NCBI GenBank assembly: GCA_016748015.1
Contig: JAAOMT010000664.1
Coordinates: 1,425,892 to 1,489,891 of the forward strand
Reading direction: 5' to 3'
DNA: 64,000 nt
From: Geosiphon pyriformis uo1
Lineage: Eukaryota; Fungi; Glomeromycota
In this document: piece by piece, positions 26,201 to 40,424 of the stretch
Numbering within the stretch: position 1 is the first letter of the stretch
How the letters are laid out: each line of letters opens with the position of its first letter
The notes under the pieces: generated by a model
Database searches by the model: none
Seen by the model: the letters and a program-made list of their open reading frames with translations, nothing else
Told to the model about the DNA's origin: nothing
Program-made: the position numbers and the translations under genes

Positions 26201-28086
26201 ATATCATTTGGTATTGCAAAATAAAATCTTGGTTCATATGTAAATAACAACATATGAAAAAAGGCAAAATATCAGTATTCTATTTCTCTGACATATCTCA
26301 ACAATGTTGAATCTCTTTGAGATAAATATTACAATATTATTTTTTGGCATTGAAAATCTAGCCTTGATAATAAGAGCGTTGTTCATATAAACTCAAATCA
26401 GTCTAAATTATGAATTATTCTTTACTTTTAAAACATCCAACACTTTATAAAATTTCAAAGACCAAATCGTTTTAAAAATCATCTAAAAAAATATAAATTA
26501 TCACATGACAAAAAAAATGGTCAATTTTAAATTAATATTTTGCTTTTATTCAAGTATTCACAACATAATAATATATGTTTTATCGTTAAAAATTTGATTA
26601 TAAACATATTACTTTAAAAGGTTTATATTTTTGTTGTAAAGTCATTCCAAAAATCAATAGATATATATATATATATATTGAAAAAAAAGCTTTTTTGAAT
26701 TAATAATTAAAATTTTTGCTTTTTTTTACATTAAAAAAATTAATTATTAAATAAATGATAAGTTTTGAAAATTTTTAAAGTTTATTTTCAAGTTCATAAT
26801 AAGATTCTTTTCTTTTTATTTAAAAAAGATTGATTAGTGTAATTAATTTAAAAGATAATCACATAATATCAAAAAATTAAATTTAATTAACTTTATTTTA
26901 GTCGTAACAAACCAAATATCTTATTCAATCATAACAGATGTGCTTTATTTTCAACATTCTTTTTTTTTTAGAAAGAAAAAAAAACAGTATTCTGTTCAAA
27001 TTTTTGAAATGTTTAAATTGTGTTTTGTAATTCATAATATTCAACACCAAACAAAAAATTCTTTTTTTCTTTTAAAAGGTCTTCTTCACGAATTCATTTA
27101 GTATTAAAATTGTAAAAATGGGAATATGTTGACAAAATAAATGACAATTTTTAATAAAAAAAGTTCGAAAATGGTTAGAAACTTCTTTCGTTATGACATA
27201 TAGTGTTAGTTATTTTTCAAATATAGTAATTAGATGAATCGTGTGGAGTATCATGGATCACCGGAATATCAATTATTTAATTGTCTGCATCGGGAGTATC
27301 GGAATATGAATCTAACCACATGGTTTTAGGATTGTCGGCATAGCCTAAATTCTTAAATTAATCAATAATCATCATCATTCGTTGCATACACACACCATGA
27401 CAATACACGATAACGATAACGATGAGAAGAAATTTTGTCCCTCCTCAACTCGTTTGTACACTTGAAAAAATCCGGAGTTGAAAGGCAAACAAATGCATCA
27501 TTGGCTAAATATTTCGAAATCAAATTCTAAATCGACATTCGAAATTTGCTTTTAGAATCACCAATCTAATAAATATTTGTAAGATTAAAAGTATTAAAAT
27601 CTGTGATGATTGAAAAGTTAATATGCATCAACATTTAGTCGTGAAAATTGTTCCGAAATTTTCTTTTGGTTATCAGTTATCTTTATAGAACTATTATAAA
27701 GGTGAATTATGATAACGTGTTTATTTTTTCGTCTATGAATCTCCGAAAGTTTAGTGAAAAGGGAAACGACAAGGGGAGCAGGCTTGTTTCAACAATAATA
27801 GATTATTTATTGATTCCGTTATTTGTAGTAATCAGAAATATGAAGTCAGGATAGCAGTGATGGATGATGAAAAAGATCAACCGGGAAATATTTGTGATTC
27901 ATGTGGGATGAGATTTGTTATTTTATAAAGTGTCTGTTGGAAAGAATGCAGAATTATTTAAACTGAACCAAATTTGAAAAGTTGAATACTTATAGTTGAA
28001 TACTGACAACCGTTTTTACTGGTCAAAATTTAGCTTGACTTGGGTACCACACATCATTAAAGACTTTGAAATTTTTCTTGCCAGGA

Positions 28087-29277
28087 ATGTTACTAACCAA
28101 AAAAAGTTTCTCGTCACTAAGACGATTTTCAAGTCGTGAAAAACTAAATGCAAGTTGTGAGAAACTAAAAAGTCTCGTGACCCATAAGCGTTCTATCACG
28201 CACCAACTACTGAACTTATTTAATACTTCACGAGCACAACACTCAGACGACGACCAAATCTGTGATGAAATCAAACGTTGGGCTTTTCTAAACGGCCATC
28301 TACTTTCTCATTTGTTCTCGCAGCTCGATAAACAACGTCATCGTTCAAAATACTTGCCACTTCTTGCATTCTTTTATCAATGTGGTCTGGGAACAAACAT
28401 TGAGCCCGTGCTAGCATTCTATTGGTACACTGTAGCATCGGAGGCTAGTGGTGAAGCATTTTCACAACATAAAGTTGGAGCATGTCATCGCAATGCTTTC
28501 GGCACTAAACATGATGATAAGGCGGCGTTGACTTGGTACTTGAAAGCGGCCGAGAATGGATCAGCACCAGCACAAAGTGATCTAGCATTTTGTTATCGTA
28601 ATGGAATCGCAACGAAGCCTACTCCTGAATTAGCATTTTATTGGTATAGAAGATCAGCAGAAGCTGGATTTCATCATGGACAATTACAAGCTGGTGATTG
28701 TTATCGTGATGGCCTTGGTACGGTGATCAATGAAGTCAAAGCATTTTATTGGTACGAGCAATCGGCATCAAAAGGAAACTCGGACGCTCAAGTTCGACTT
28801 GCAAATTGTTATTTTGATGGTTGTGGCACGTTAAAAAATGACCTTCGAGCCTTCGAATGGTCTGAAAAGGCTTCTCGTGCGGGAAATTCAATTGGTCATC
28901 TTTATCTTGGGGACTGTTATCGTGAAGGGATTGGAACCGAAAAAGATTTTGAATTAGCCTTTAAATTTTATGAAAAATCCGCGGCTGATGGAAATCTGAC
29001 GGCTAAAAATCGACTTGGACGATGTTTTCATGAGGGTACTGGTACTCCGAGGGATCCAAAGAAAGCGTTTTATTGGTTCAGAAATGCGTTGGGAAGCGCA
29101 GGTTGGAATAAGAATGCTCAGTGTAATGTTGCAGTTTGTTATCATCGTGGTATTGGAAGTGATCGAGATGTGCATGAAGCTATAAAATGGTATCGAAAAG
29201 CTGTCTTAAATGGAAATCAGAGTTCGTCGTTGCATTTACAAGTTTTATTTAAACAATTAAGACTAGATTGGCGATGA
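28087..29277 (+). CDS. Sel1-like repeat protein (single exon; ORF open from 28066, first ATG at 28087)
   Basis: About 8 Sel1 repeats, e.g. AQSDLAFCYRNGIATKPTPELAFYWYRRSAEAG and LGDCYREGIGTEKDFELAFKFYEKSAADG. Confidence 0.92.
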   Translation: MLLTKKSFSSLRRFSSREKLNASCEKLKSLVTHKRSITHQLLNLFNTSRAQHSDDDQICDEIKRWAFLNGHLLSHLFSQLDKQRHRSKYLPLLAFFYQCGLGTNIEPVLAFYWYTVASEASGEAFSQHKVGACHRNAFGTKHDDKAALTWYLKAAENGSAPAQSDLAFCYRNGIATKPTPELAFYWYRRSAEAGFHHGQLQAGDCYRDGLGTVINEVKAFYWYEQSASKGNSDAQVRLANCYFDGCGTLKNDLRAFEWSEKASRAGNSIGHLYLGDCYREGIGTEKDFELAFKFYEKSAADGNLTAKNRLGRCFHEGTGTPRDPKKAFYWFRNALGSAGWNKNAQCNVAVCYHRGIGSDRDVHEAIKWYRKAVLNGNQSSSLHLQVLFKQLRLDWR

Positions 29278-30105
29278 TGATCATGATGATGTTGATGATG
29301 ATATAGTTAACATCTTTGACATTACAAGAATAAATGATCAGAAAGCTAGTGATTATTTTTGTTCATGTTTTATTTAATTCACTAGACATTTCAAAATTTT
29401 GTAAATAGATTTTTTAATTCAGAATCAGGGTTTATCCAAAGTTTAAAATTCAATTGAATTTCTTTTTCTCAAAAACTAAACAAACTTCTTGGTTACTTGA
29501 TATTTCTAATTGTAAATAACTCATTCAGAAAGTAATTTTTGGTAAACAAAGTAACATCTTTGGGAAACAATAAAAAAGGGCTAAATTTGAAAAGGTTGGG
29601 ATCTTGACATTTTTGATAATAAAATACATGTAATTTTTTTAGATATTATTGGACCTAAATAAATTTAAAATTAACCTCATTTCAAATTTTTTACCTCAAT
29701 ATTTTATTTTTGTCAAGGATTTTTTCGCTTTAAACGATATTTTGTTGTAAATGCTTCTTAAGTTTTCATCTAAATTGGAATATTTTGATAAGACTGGGTA
29801 TCTTAAACTAATTATTTGCTTTTTTTTTTGAAATTAAGGCAATTTTTAAATTGGGCTAAAAATGAGATTCAAGTTTTATTTAGTGTATCAAAAATCCAGC
29901 TAAAATATTTTTATAAAAAATTGGGTTATCAAAAGTTATTTATACATGTTGCTTTATAATAACGATTTTTTAAAATTTTCCTTTCAATTAATACATCTTT
30001 ACACTTCTCGGCTTTTAAAGATAACAGAATTGATAAGGAATTTTATACTGATAATTATTTTTTTCTACTTTTATTTATTTATAATTTTTAACTCTAAACA
30101 AAGGG

Positions 30106-30138
<33 letters not shown>

Positions 30139-30337
30139 TTAATACAGAGGACCACCCCATTTTAGAAAGGGTCTTTGAAAAGTTTCGCCATTTTTTTATA
30201 CATTACAGAATAAGGACCAAACCTTTGTTGAAAAAAGTAAATTAAAACTTTTGAATAGATTAGGATAATGATACGAAACCTTGATTCTAAAATTTAAGGT
30301 TTCAATAACGTGGAAAACTAACAAACAAAATGAAAAA

Positions 30338-30415
30338 CATTTTATACAAGAAACACCAAAGATAAATTAAAACAATTTGAAGCATTTTATACAAGAAACA
30401 TCAAAGATAAATTAA
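30338..30415 (+). repeat. 33-bp direct duplication (period 45)
   Basis: CATTTTATACAAGAAACAYCAAAGATAAATTAA occurs twice. Confidence 0.8.
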
Positions 30416-33400
30416 TCAAAATTAAAAGAATATAAGAATTTAATGACTAGATTAATAATTAATGTTTTATCCGTTTGAAATCCCAAAATATTTAAATTAG
30501 GGTCCCAAATATTAGCGGACTAAAGTTTTTGTGATATTGGAGAAAGTTTTCAGAAATAAGAATCAATCATAAAAAGTTTCTGAAAACCTCAAAAATCGAA
30601 TTGAATTTTATTCTTTTCAAAGTTTGCCAGTTTTAAGATATTAATTAGATTTAAAAAAAATTAAAAAATTCTTTTTGAATATTTATGTAATTCATTTCAA
30701 AGATATTTAAAATTACAAATCACAACAAACAAACAATCACAAGTTATAGATAAATATCTTTATAATTTCTTGTAATGACCAATGATTAAGATTATTTTCA
30801 ATTTAAAATTCTATGAATTGGATATTAATCGAAATTTTTAAGGTTTTAAATAATTCTCAAGTAGTGAAATATATTTAAAAATAAATTTTGCGTTCAATTT
30901 TTATTATTTTGAACATTTATATATAATTAAAAAAAGGTTATTTGACAATTAATGTTAATTATTATTATTATTATTATTATTACTATTATTATTATAAATT
31001 ATAAATTATAAATTTTTTAACAAAAAACTTTAAGCTTATAAATAAGTTTTTGATAAATAAAGATGACTTCTTGATAAATTTTTGATTTTTGCAATATTTG
31101 TAGTATAAAAGCCATTTTTTTCACAATTAATTTATCCAATAATTATTTAATATTGTGTTTCTAATTAAAATTGTATATAATTAATACTTTACTTATTTAG
31201 ACTCTTTTTTGAAATAAAAATTTTAAAAATGTGAAAATTATCATTTATTAATAAAGTTGACATAATTAAAATATAAAATAAAATGTGCATATTAAATATT
31301 TTTAAGGATATATTATATAATAATCATATTTATTAATTTTTTTCATTAATTATAAATTAAATATTATAATCACTCAAATATGTTCTAAAAAACATATTTA
31401 TATCATTTATTATTAACAAATATTATCATTTGTGCTGCTTCAAGAATTTAACTTATAATAATTTCAGAAATATATATAAAACAAACATCAAAACATAAAT
31501 AAAAAAATATTATTTTAATAATGGTTTTAATAATTTAATATAAGAATCTTAAATTATCATGCAATTCTTAATAAATAATATAATAAGTCGCATTTAACAA
31601 TACAATAATTTAAATTAGAATCTAATATTTATATTCAAGTTTTATTATCAAAATTATTCTTTAAAATAACTACTTAAATAATATAAACCTGAAAAAAAAA
31701 AACTTAGTCAATCAGTTATTTTCAAAGTCATCGAAATAATTTTTTGTTGTTTTTAATTAAAATAATAGTGAAAAATTCTACTATTATTATAAGCAAATAA
31801 AAAATAGTTTACACAATTTCTGCAACAAGATTATATTTAATTTAAATATAAATAAAGTTTAATAAAATTAATTTTTTCTTTCTGTTCTATTTTGCATATC
31901 AATTTTTAAAGCTTTTGATCCAAATAAATCTTAATTTTTTATGTAATATATAGTTATATGTAACAAAATTATTGAATATATCTTAAATGCATCTCATAAA
32001 ATTAGTTTTGATAAAGTGTATTTAGGAAAATTGGAATGTATTTAATTAATATTTTAAATTAATTTGAAACAAACAATAAAAGTTACGAAATCTCAAGTTC
32101 TGAATAAATACAGTTTTAAATTAAAAAAATTATTTGTTATTCACCAAATTTAAAGTTTTTAAATATTTATTCTTAAATAATTTTTTTATTAAAGTGATAG
32201 TATTATTTATGTTTATGCTTTTTAAAATTAATAAAAGTATTAAAATATTTATTTTTATAGCTCTAATAAATTAAAAAAATTATTTTGTTTGCCTAATTTG
32301 AAATCTATTTTTGTTATAAAAACTGGTTCAATTAATAAAATTTAAACTGTATGTATATGATAATTAGTACAACAATCAAAATAGTTAAAATATATATTAT
32401 TATTAATAAAACTCAAAAAATTAAAAAATTAGGAAAATTATTTTTAATATATTTAAAACATTTTCAACTTCTTTAAATTCTTCAAAATCTTTAGAATTTT
32501 TTACATTTTCAACAACTTTAATTAAATAGTATGGTTCATTAATTTAAAGATAACTAATTTATATATAGTATTATTATCAAATAAAGAATATTTACTAATG
32601 TAAAAAAAGACAAACTTCTGTTTTTGTTCAAATTGCACAAATTAAACTAAATTTGACAAAATTCCAAGCTTGTATAGTGAAAGTAATATTATCTATAATA
32701 TCAAAAAAAATTTTAAGAGTTTTATCTACAATAGCTTTATAATAAGCATTAATCCTGTTTATAACAAGCAATTTTTTATATTAACACTTTTAAATAATTA
32801 ATTTTTATATTTTTTTCAAAAATTAAAACTTATTTTGAAATATTATTTACATAATAATATATAATTATTTTTCATCTATTTAAAATTTGTATTTATAAAC
32901 AAAAATAATGTAGTATTTGAAGTTTTTACAATAAAACAACAGAAAAAAACTATAATTTTTTGTGAATTATATTAAAAAAGTTTTAAAGAGCTGTTTTTTC
33001 ACAATTTATAAACATTATTTAAATTCTATTTTGATAAAAGTTCTTAAAAATTTTTGTAAAATTATAATAATTTTTTTAAAATTACAATAAAATGATTGAT
33101 ATAAAGAAAAAATATTTATTAAAATTAATTCATAATTTACCAATTATAATAAAATTGATTATTAATTCAATGTTTTATTATTTTTATATTAAATAAATAA
33201 TTTTTTTATAATTAAACATTTATTATTGTAAATTAAAGCAATACACGAGCAAATATTAAAGTAATTATGAGCAATACAATCTAACTAAAGAAATCTTAAG
33301 AAAAGAAGCAAATTTAATATATAAGCAATTCAAATTAATGTAATTAGTTCTAAACTTATAGCTGTTAAAATTTATTAAAGGTTAAAAATTAATATAGCTG

Positions 33401-34501
33401 CAATAATTTTATGTCTTAATTAGTGTTTTTAAAATTCAATAAAGAGTATTAATTATTTAAAATAGTTTTTTACTTTTTAAATTAATTTTAACAACTAAAA
33501 TTTCCAAAATAAAGTAAAAATTTTAGGTGTATGTTTATGTTTATGTTTATTAAATATTAATTAAACAAATTTTTAGCTTTTATTTTAATTACAATTTATT
33601 ATTAAGTAAAAACATAAAAAATAAATTTTTTAAATAATTTAATTATTAAAACATATTTTTATTTAGAAATGTTTAAATACAACATTATAATATAATGTAC
33701 TTAATTTTTAATTCATTAAACAATATTAAAAATAATAATATATACAAAATTATTTTATATATTGTTAATGTTTGATGTTTATTTGTCACATAATTGAAAT
33801 TCCAAAATTATATATAAAATCTTTATGTTTACTTACAAGTTTGATATATTTTAAAGTCAAAAAAGCTGTTTCAAATTTTTTTATTAATTACTTAAATTTT
33901 AATTTATACTTATTATTTTGTATTGATAATATAATTTTTTAAATTCTGATATATTTGATACCACAAATCAATTTCCTGAATTGCAATAAAAATGCTAAAG
34001 ATAATCGAAAAGACAACTTGCATGATAAAAAAATGAGATTCTACAAATCATATAATCTTATTGAAACATAAACAAAATTTTGGTCTTATATGCTAAAGAA
34101 AATCACATGCTGAAAGCCCAAATTTTAATTTAATAAAACTTCAAACTTTTTTGCTATATCAAAAGTTATTAAATAACTAACTTTGTTTAGATTTTGATTA
34201 ATAGAATAAAGCCATGATTTTACTGGCTATAAAAATCTCCAAAGATCTTGAATTCAAATTAGCTTTAATGAATAGAAAATGGACTCGTGATGTATAAATG
34301 GAGTTCAAAATTTATCTTCTAAAATAAATTCAAATTATAATAAATAGCGATAAAATATTGTCATTCGACAAATAATCCCATAATCAAATTTAATTTTTAG
34401 GTATTAAAATTTATAGTAAAACCTAAAGAGTTTTCAGGAAGTCTATAAACATCGCTAGCCAATCAATTATCAATATTTTTGAAACTTTCTACAACTCACC
34501 T

Positions 34502-34850
34502 ATGGCACCCTGACAAATCTTTCAGGAACTGTTTGAATAAAAATATTTTTGGTGTCAGAAATTTTTTTTATGAAGGGCCTAATACAATTATTATTGGCAA
34601 ATTTTAACAGCAAGTTTGACCTATTTTGCTGCAGTACTTTCTAGTGGTTTGGATTAAAGGAGAAATAATACCATTGTCTTTATCAAAACTTATATTTTGA
34701 GGTATTTCTTGTATAATTTTAAAAATGTTTGATCAAAACGAATTCATGATTTTTTATTGTTCTGGCTAGTTATATTTATATTGGGAAAAATTCTCTTGAC
34801 GTACACGGAATACTTTGAATCTTAAAATTGCTAAGAACTTATTCTAGGAA
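34502..34850 (+). pseudogene. Decayed third BTB-family gene (5' part only)
   Basis: ATGGCACCC..., CAAATTTTAACAGCAAGTTTGACCTATTTTGCTGCAGTACTTTCTAG...GGATTAAAGG and post-intron TATATTTATATTGG...TTCTCTTGAC...CTTATTCTAG align with exon 1 and early exon 2 of 11290-11710. Stops and indels throughout. Confidence 0.75.
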
Positions 34851-35576
34851 ACCTTTTTTCAATTTTTTCACATACTTTAGTAATAACCACAATAAAATAG
34901 GTTTTATTCTTTAATAAAACTTTTTTTTTGAATAATCTTTTTCTTTAGATTTGTAAATAAATTATGAATTAAATAGCATTAAAAGTGTAACTTTAAATGC
35001 ATATTTACTCTTGGGTTACAAGGTATTTAAGTATAAATTTTAGATTCAATGTAACATTTTGGTGATTTTTGAATAAGTTTCAATGAATTTCTTAATCAAA
35101 ATGAATGGAATGGAAATTTCTAAATTTGATTCTTTCCACATATTTTTAAATTAATGGATTTGGAAATAGAAAAATATTTTATAAACTAAAAAATTCTATT
35201 ATAATATTTATTATAATCTAGTGTTAAGCAGATGAAGTTTGGTCCTTACTGAAAAAGTTTATTGAAAATATATCCAATCACAAGTCTCATCAATCTAAAG
35301 TTTAAATATATCTAAAATGATTTTAGTAATCAAAAAAGGAAAAACTGTATAATCAAAGATATTGAGTTTAATATTAATGAACAATTTTGTAAGAATTCAT
35401 ATGAAAAATATTTTTCTCCTTCTAATTAAATTGCTATATAGAAACCTTTTACAATTAATATTCGGAGTTATCAAATTCGGAAAAACTTTCCATTCCCCCG
35501 AAATCATAAATTAGTTGATGATGATGATGATGATGATGAGGAAAAGAATAGAATATTTGAATCGATTCCGCTAAAA

Positions 35577-37044
35577 ATGACTCTCTTTTCTTATCGTCTT
35601 GTCTGGCTTAAATTAATCATTTTTAATATTGTTCTGTTGGGTAATGCGCAAATTTTTTTCAATGCTGCAACTGAATTAAAGTTGTCATCCACGGCCTTGA
35701 AACCTATTTACTCGAAATCCTCATTAACGTATCAATCTCCATTAAGCCCTCTCAAAAATTTAAAATATAAGCGTTCATCGAAACTACCGTATCCCCCGAA
35801 AAAAAAACTTTCACCTTTACAAGACTTCTTTGAAATATCTAGATACGCCGCTCATTGGGCCCATTTCTCTTATTGTCGAAGTAAGTATGTGTTGGATCCT
35901 TTCTCACCCGATGGAAATATCAAAGGTTCGAGATTAAATCATTTTTATAGTGAATCTAGATTTTCTAAAACTTTGAGTATTTTTATTTACAATGCTCTTT
36001 ATAGCTGCTATTAACCATAGCCAATCTCCTAATATCTTAACCATTTATTTTTCGGGTAAGATTCAAATTTTTCAATGGTAATTTCATAAATGAAATTAAG
36101 TTTTTTGACTCGAAAAAAGTAGGCATTTGATATTTTTTTAAATCTTTCTTTTCTGTTAATTCTGAAATGAACAGGGCCACAATTATCAAAGGGAGAATGG
36201 GCTTCGAGGAAATCAAACCTAGTAACTTTTAACGTCAAAGGGAGGCTTTCTGATCCAACAATCCGCATTGATAACCAATGGTATATCAATTTTATTTCCT
36301 TCGCAAAGGTTATTTTTGGAACGATTCAAGATGTCTACCAGTCTTTCCCTAACAAGGGTACAAAGCTTTTGTTCACTGGTCATGGGATAGGTGGTGGTAA
36401 GTAAATAAAGCTATTTTCAAAACAGTGCTACAATTGTATCGTTTTTTAGTAAACAAAGTGGATTTTTTCAGCGATCGCAGCAATAACAGCCTTAACATGG
36501 AAAATAAGAACAGCAGACACCCCTGGTCTTAGAGATATCCCGATTATTACTGTTACATTTGGTGCTCCCAGAATTGGAAATGAAAAATTGGCTCGTTTGA
36601 TGAATAAGATGTTGAGAGTACGTCGATTTACCAATACTAATGATTATGTTCCTCATTTTCCCCAAATCAAAAATGGCGTGGATATATTACGGCACCATGA
36701 GACCGAGTATTGGATTTTTCCTAAATCATGTGACTGTCCCCAAGATTCCGAGATTTATATGTGTCAAGGGTATTTTTACCCTACTAGATCTTGGCAAATT
36801 GTTGGAAGTTTTGATGAATTTTTATCATTGGAAGGGATTTCTTCTGGAGAAAACCCGGTTTGTCTCAAGAAAATTTTCAGAAATAGTGATCACTAATACG
36901 AATTCAAATTTATTAAAATATCATTGGAATTTTTTTTTTGATTACGAATAGGAATGCAAAAGCGGACAAATAATATCAGAGATTCCTGATGACTTTGTGT
37001 ATCATGGATATTATTTTGGATATGAGATGGGTGTTTGTAATTGA
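35577..37044 (+). CDS. Secreted class-3-lipase-fold protein lacking the catalytic Ser (GHGIGG), 5 exons
   Basis: Hydrophobic N-terminus; YAAHWAHFSYC; ILTIYFS|GP; FTGHGIGG|AIA; TFGAPRIGN; RFTNTNDYVPHFP; CDC; last exon ECKSG...YHGYYFGYEMGVCN*. Splice phases are consistent by hand. Confidence 0.85.
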
Positions 37045-37434
37045 ATTCTTATTTATTTTTCTGATTTAAGACTTTTAATTTATATAGATTTAAATTTAAT
37101 ATATTGTGATCGAGATATTTTAATTTTTAACATATTTCATAGAAGCTGTTTTGTAAATGATTGTTTATATTCTGATTAAAGACATGGGTAGGTGGGTAGG
37201 TTGGCAGGTGAAAAAAAGAGAGAGTAATAAGTTTATCGGTTGCATTACTTGTATTTCACTTTATTCATTTTTTTAAAGAGATTCAATGTTGAATAAAAAT
37301 TTTTTTAATCAATCCCATCATTTTTACAAAATAGGCTTTGTGATTTATTTTAAAGATCTTAATGATATCAATTATACGCATTTGTTTATACATGTATATT
37401 TGAATCTGTATTAGTAATTAAAATTTTGAAATAT

Positions 37435-37535
37435 TTCTTCTTCTTCTTTCTTCTTCTTTCTTCTTCTTTCTTCTTTCTTCTTTCTTTTTCTTTCTTCTTC
37501 TTTCTTCTTTCTTCTTTCTTTTTCTTTCTTCTTTA
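37435..37535 (+). repeat. Compound polypyrimidine microsatellite (TTC/TTTC)
   Basis: ~100 nt of TTTCTTCTTC-type repeats between two convergent lipase-like genes. Confidence 0.9.
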
Positions 37536-37905
37536 TTCTTTTAATCCAAGGGATTTTGCTTTTTGAATATGTTGTAATTAAAATTAAAAAACCTTTGATT
37601 TAACAATTATTTGATATATGTTTAATAAATCAAATATTACTCAAAATAATTTCTTTTAATGAAATTTAATAAAAAATTTTATGAAGTTTAAACATAATCA
37701 TTCTTTTTAAATTTATTAAACAATTAAAAATTCCTAAATACTAATTGTCAAGATAAAAAAAATTTTTATTTTAGGGTTTTAATGTATTTTAATAGTATTG
37801 GTAAAGCTTTTGTACAATTGAAATTCCGGTTTTATTAGGTAAAAATTCTAAAAACAATTTTTTAATAGAAATAATTGATAGAATGGACTTTAAATCCCAA
37901 AGATT

Positions 37906-39700
37906 TCAAGATAGACCTCTATGTTTTTCTTGAAAAATTGTTCTCACAATAAGTTCCGTATTTAGATTTTGACAATTTTTTAAATTATTTCCAAAATATG
38001 GGCCATAAAGTAAAAAATCAGATTTTCCTGCAGTTAAAGTTTCTCTTGAAATGTCGAATTCATGATTATGAGCGTTACATTCCTAAAAGGTTTTTAAAAA
38101 TATTAATAGTAGTGAAAAAATATATATATATATATATATCTAGATAAATATTTGAAAATTTTGAAGTCGTTAATTTTTCAATCCATACCGGGTGTTCCTT
38201 GAATGAAGCAATGTTAAAACACTTATAGACAATTGGATAGTCATCTTGATGGCATTCACAGTTTAAGAATTCTTTAGGATTTAAATCTATCCAAAATTCA
38301 GGTTTAAAGTGGCTATATTCTACGTATGCTAGAATGTGACTTTTATGTAACCTCTCGATCTCATCATTCCATTTCGAAAATTTTTTTATTCCTCTTATTG
38401 GTAGGTTTGGTAGCCAATCGTCTGCTAGTGTAACGCGATAAATCTTTTTGGTTTTTTTTTTTTTGGTCAATATTTTGAAAATTTTTTTTTTTTTTTTTCA
38501 AATTCATCCATTTATATATTTTTTTATTTGAAAAATATTTTTTACCTCAAGTTTATTTTGAGCATATGCAGCGAATATATCATTTCCCATTCTCGGCTGG
38601 CCAAAAGTAACAACAATGGGTTTTTTTTTCGGTTGGAACCTTTTTAAAAATTCAAGAGCAGCAAAGACTGCATATGCTAATTGGAAAAAAAATTGGAAAA
38701 AAAAAAAATAAAATAAAAAGATTAATTTTTTATATGAATATATTGATTCCTTATTATTTTTGATCTTTATCTTTTATTTCAATAAAAAAGTATACAAATA
38801 AATAAAGAAGCTTACTACTGCTTTCACCGAATCCGGTAAATTCAAAGTTAGAAAAATCAGGTCTTCTCGATAACCTTTTCAAATAAAATTGAAAACCTCT
38901 GAAAAAATTTTCTTTGGTGTATTCTTCCCATTTTTTGTAGTAAGTAATGGCAACCCAGGCACCAGTCACATTTGGGTATTGAATGGCGATAAATTTTTGT
39001 GTATTCAATGCGAGATTTTGAAAATTTGGAAAATTCGTATTTGCAAAGCTAAACGTAATTTTAGAATTTTCATGTCTTATAAATGAAGCCGAAGTTTTAC
39101 TTTTGGCTGATTCAAAAAAAAAAAAAAAATGGGTTCAGATAAATTAAGATCAGCGTTAAATTTATATTTATATATATATATTTTTTTAAATGAAAAAAGA
39201 TTTTTCTTCAGTTTACCTTTTCCCCATAATAACAATTTTTTTAACTGGCAATATGCTGTCCAAGTTAGATGTGCTTTGAGGTTAAGTAGTTCTAAAACAT
39301 TCTTGTCCTTGACCAAAGTTTTTACAAAAGTAGTATTATGATAATCTCTGTTTGTTAATAAATTTTTTTTTGAAGCATGAAAATTGAATGTTGAGGTCTT
39401 TTTGATTTGAGGTATTTGAAGAAAATTATGGAAATGACTAAAATTTTCTTCATTTTTTATCAAAGAAAAATTCAAATTATTTTCATCTGATAAAAATCTA
39501 TTTAAATGAGTTGGAAAATATTTTAAAAAGATGAAACCAACAACAACAACAAAAACAATAATAACAATAACAATAACAATAACAATAGCATTTACTATAT
39601 ATGTGAAAAAGACATGTTTTTTAAAATAATTTTTAAATTTTTGAGAGGTTGAATTTATTTTTTGTAAAGAAATCATTAATTTTACACTACCAAATTTCAT
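37906..39700 (-). CDS. Membrane-anchored/secreted class-3-lipase-fold protein lacking the catalytic Ser (GFGESS), 5 exons
   Basis: TM helix IVIVIVIIVFVVVVGFIFL; AHLTWTAYC; FTGFGESS|TYAVFAALE; TFGQPRMGN; YRVTLADDWLPNLP; CEC; last exon ECNAH...LYGPYFGNNLKNC...RGLS*. The exact start codon is uncertain. Confidence 0.8.
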
Positions 39701-40424
39701 AAATCTTTAAAAGAAATTATTTACCTTAATGATAAAATCTTTGACCTTATATTTATCTTTCGTGTTTTGTCTAATCCTAGAAGAATTTTGTTACAAATCC
39801 TGTTATATGATTAAATTTTATTTTGATTGGTATTAAAAATTATTTTTGTATCCTTATTTTCTCGGAAATTTTGTTTTTCCAAATCGTATACAAAATAAAA
39901 TGCATCATTACTCATCATCATCATCAATGTTTGCTCTTGGGTTATTTACAGTCCAAAATTTCGTTCCATTCAAATAATTTTTTCCGATTTTCATAACTAT
40001 TTTTGCTCATCAATTTTGAAGTCAAAGATCATTTTATCTTTTGTTTAAAAAAATTTTTTTTTTTTTTGATATTTGTATCAAAATTGTTTAAAATGGATTT
40101 TCTTTTTTAAACTTTTTTTTTTAAAAGTAATTCTCAATGTTCTTCAAAACGATTACAGATTAAATAAATATTTCTCATTATTTAACGTTTACCCGAGATC
40201 ATATTGAAGGGTTAATTTGACACTTCAAACACATATGCAATACATCAAATACACAAACCATACAAACCATACATCACACACATATATCGTAATTGATAAT
40301 TATCATTGATCAAAAAACAAATTTTTGAAATTAAAAATTTAAATAATATGTTTAATTCAGATCGCGACCAATTATTTTACTTAAAAAGTTTCTATTGATT
40401 AAAAATTTCTAATTATCTTAAAAA

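Noticed and set aside
30144-30175. Possible Tc1-like TIR start (TA CAGAGGACCACCCC)
   Set aside because: No partner inverted repeat found in the window.
29946-30245. 99-aa ORF with poly-Tyr
   Set aside because: Translation of a (TAT)n microsatellite in AT-rich DNA.
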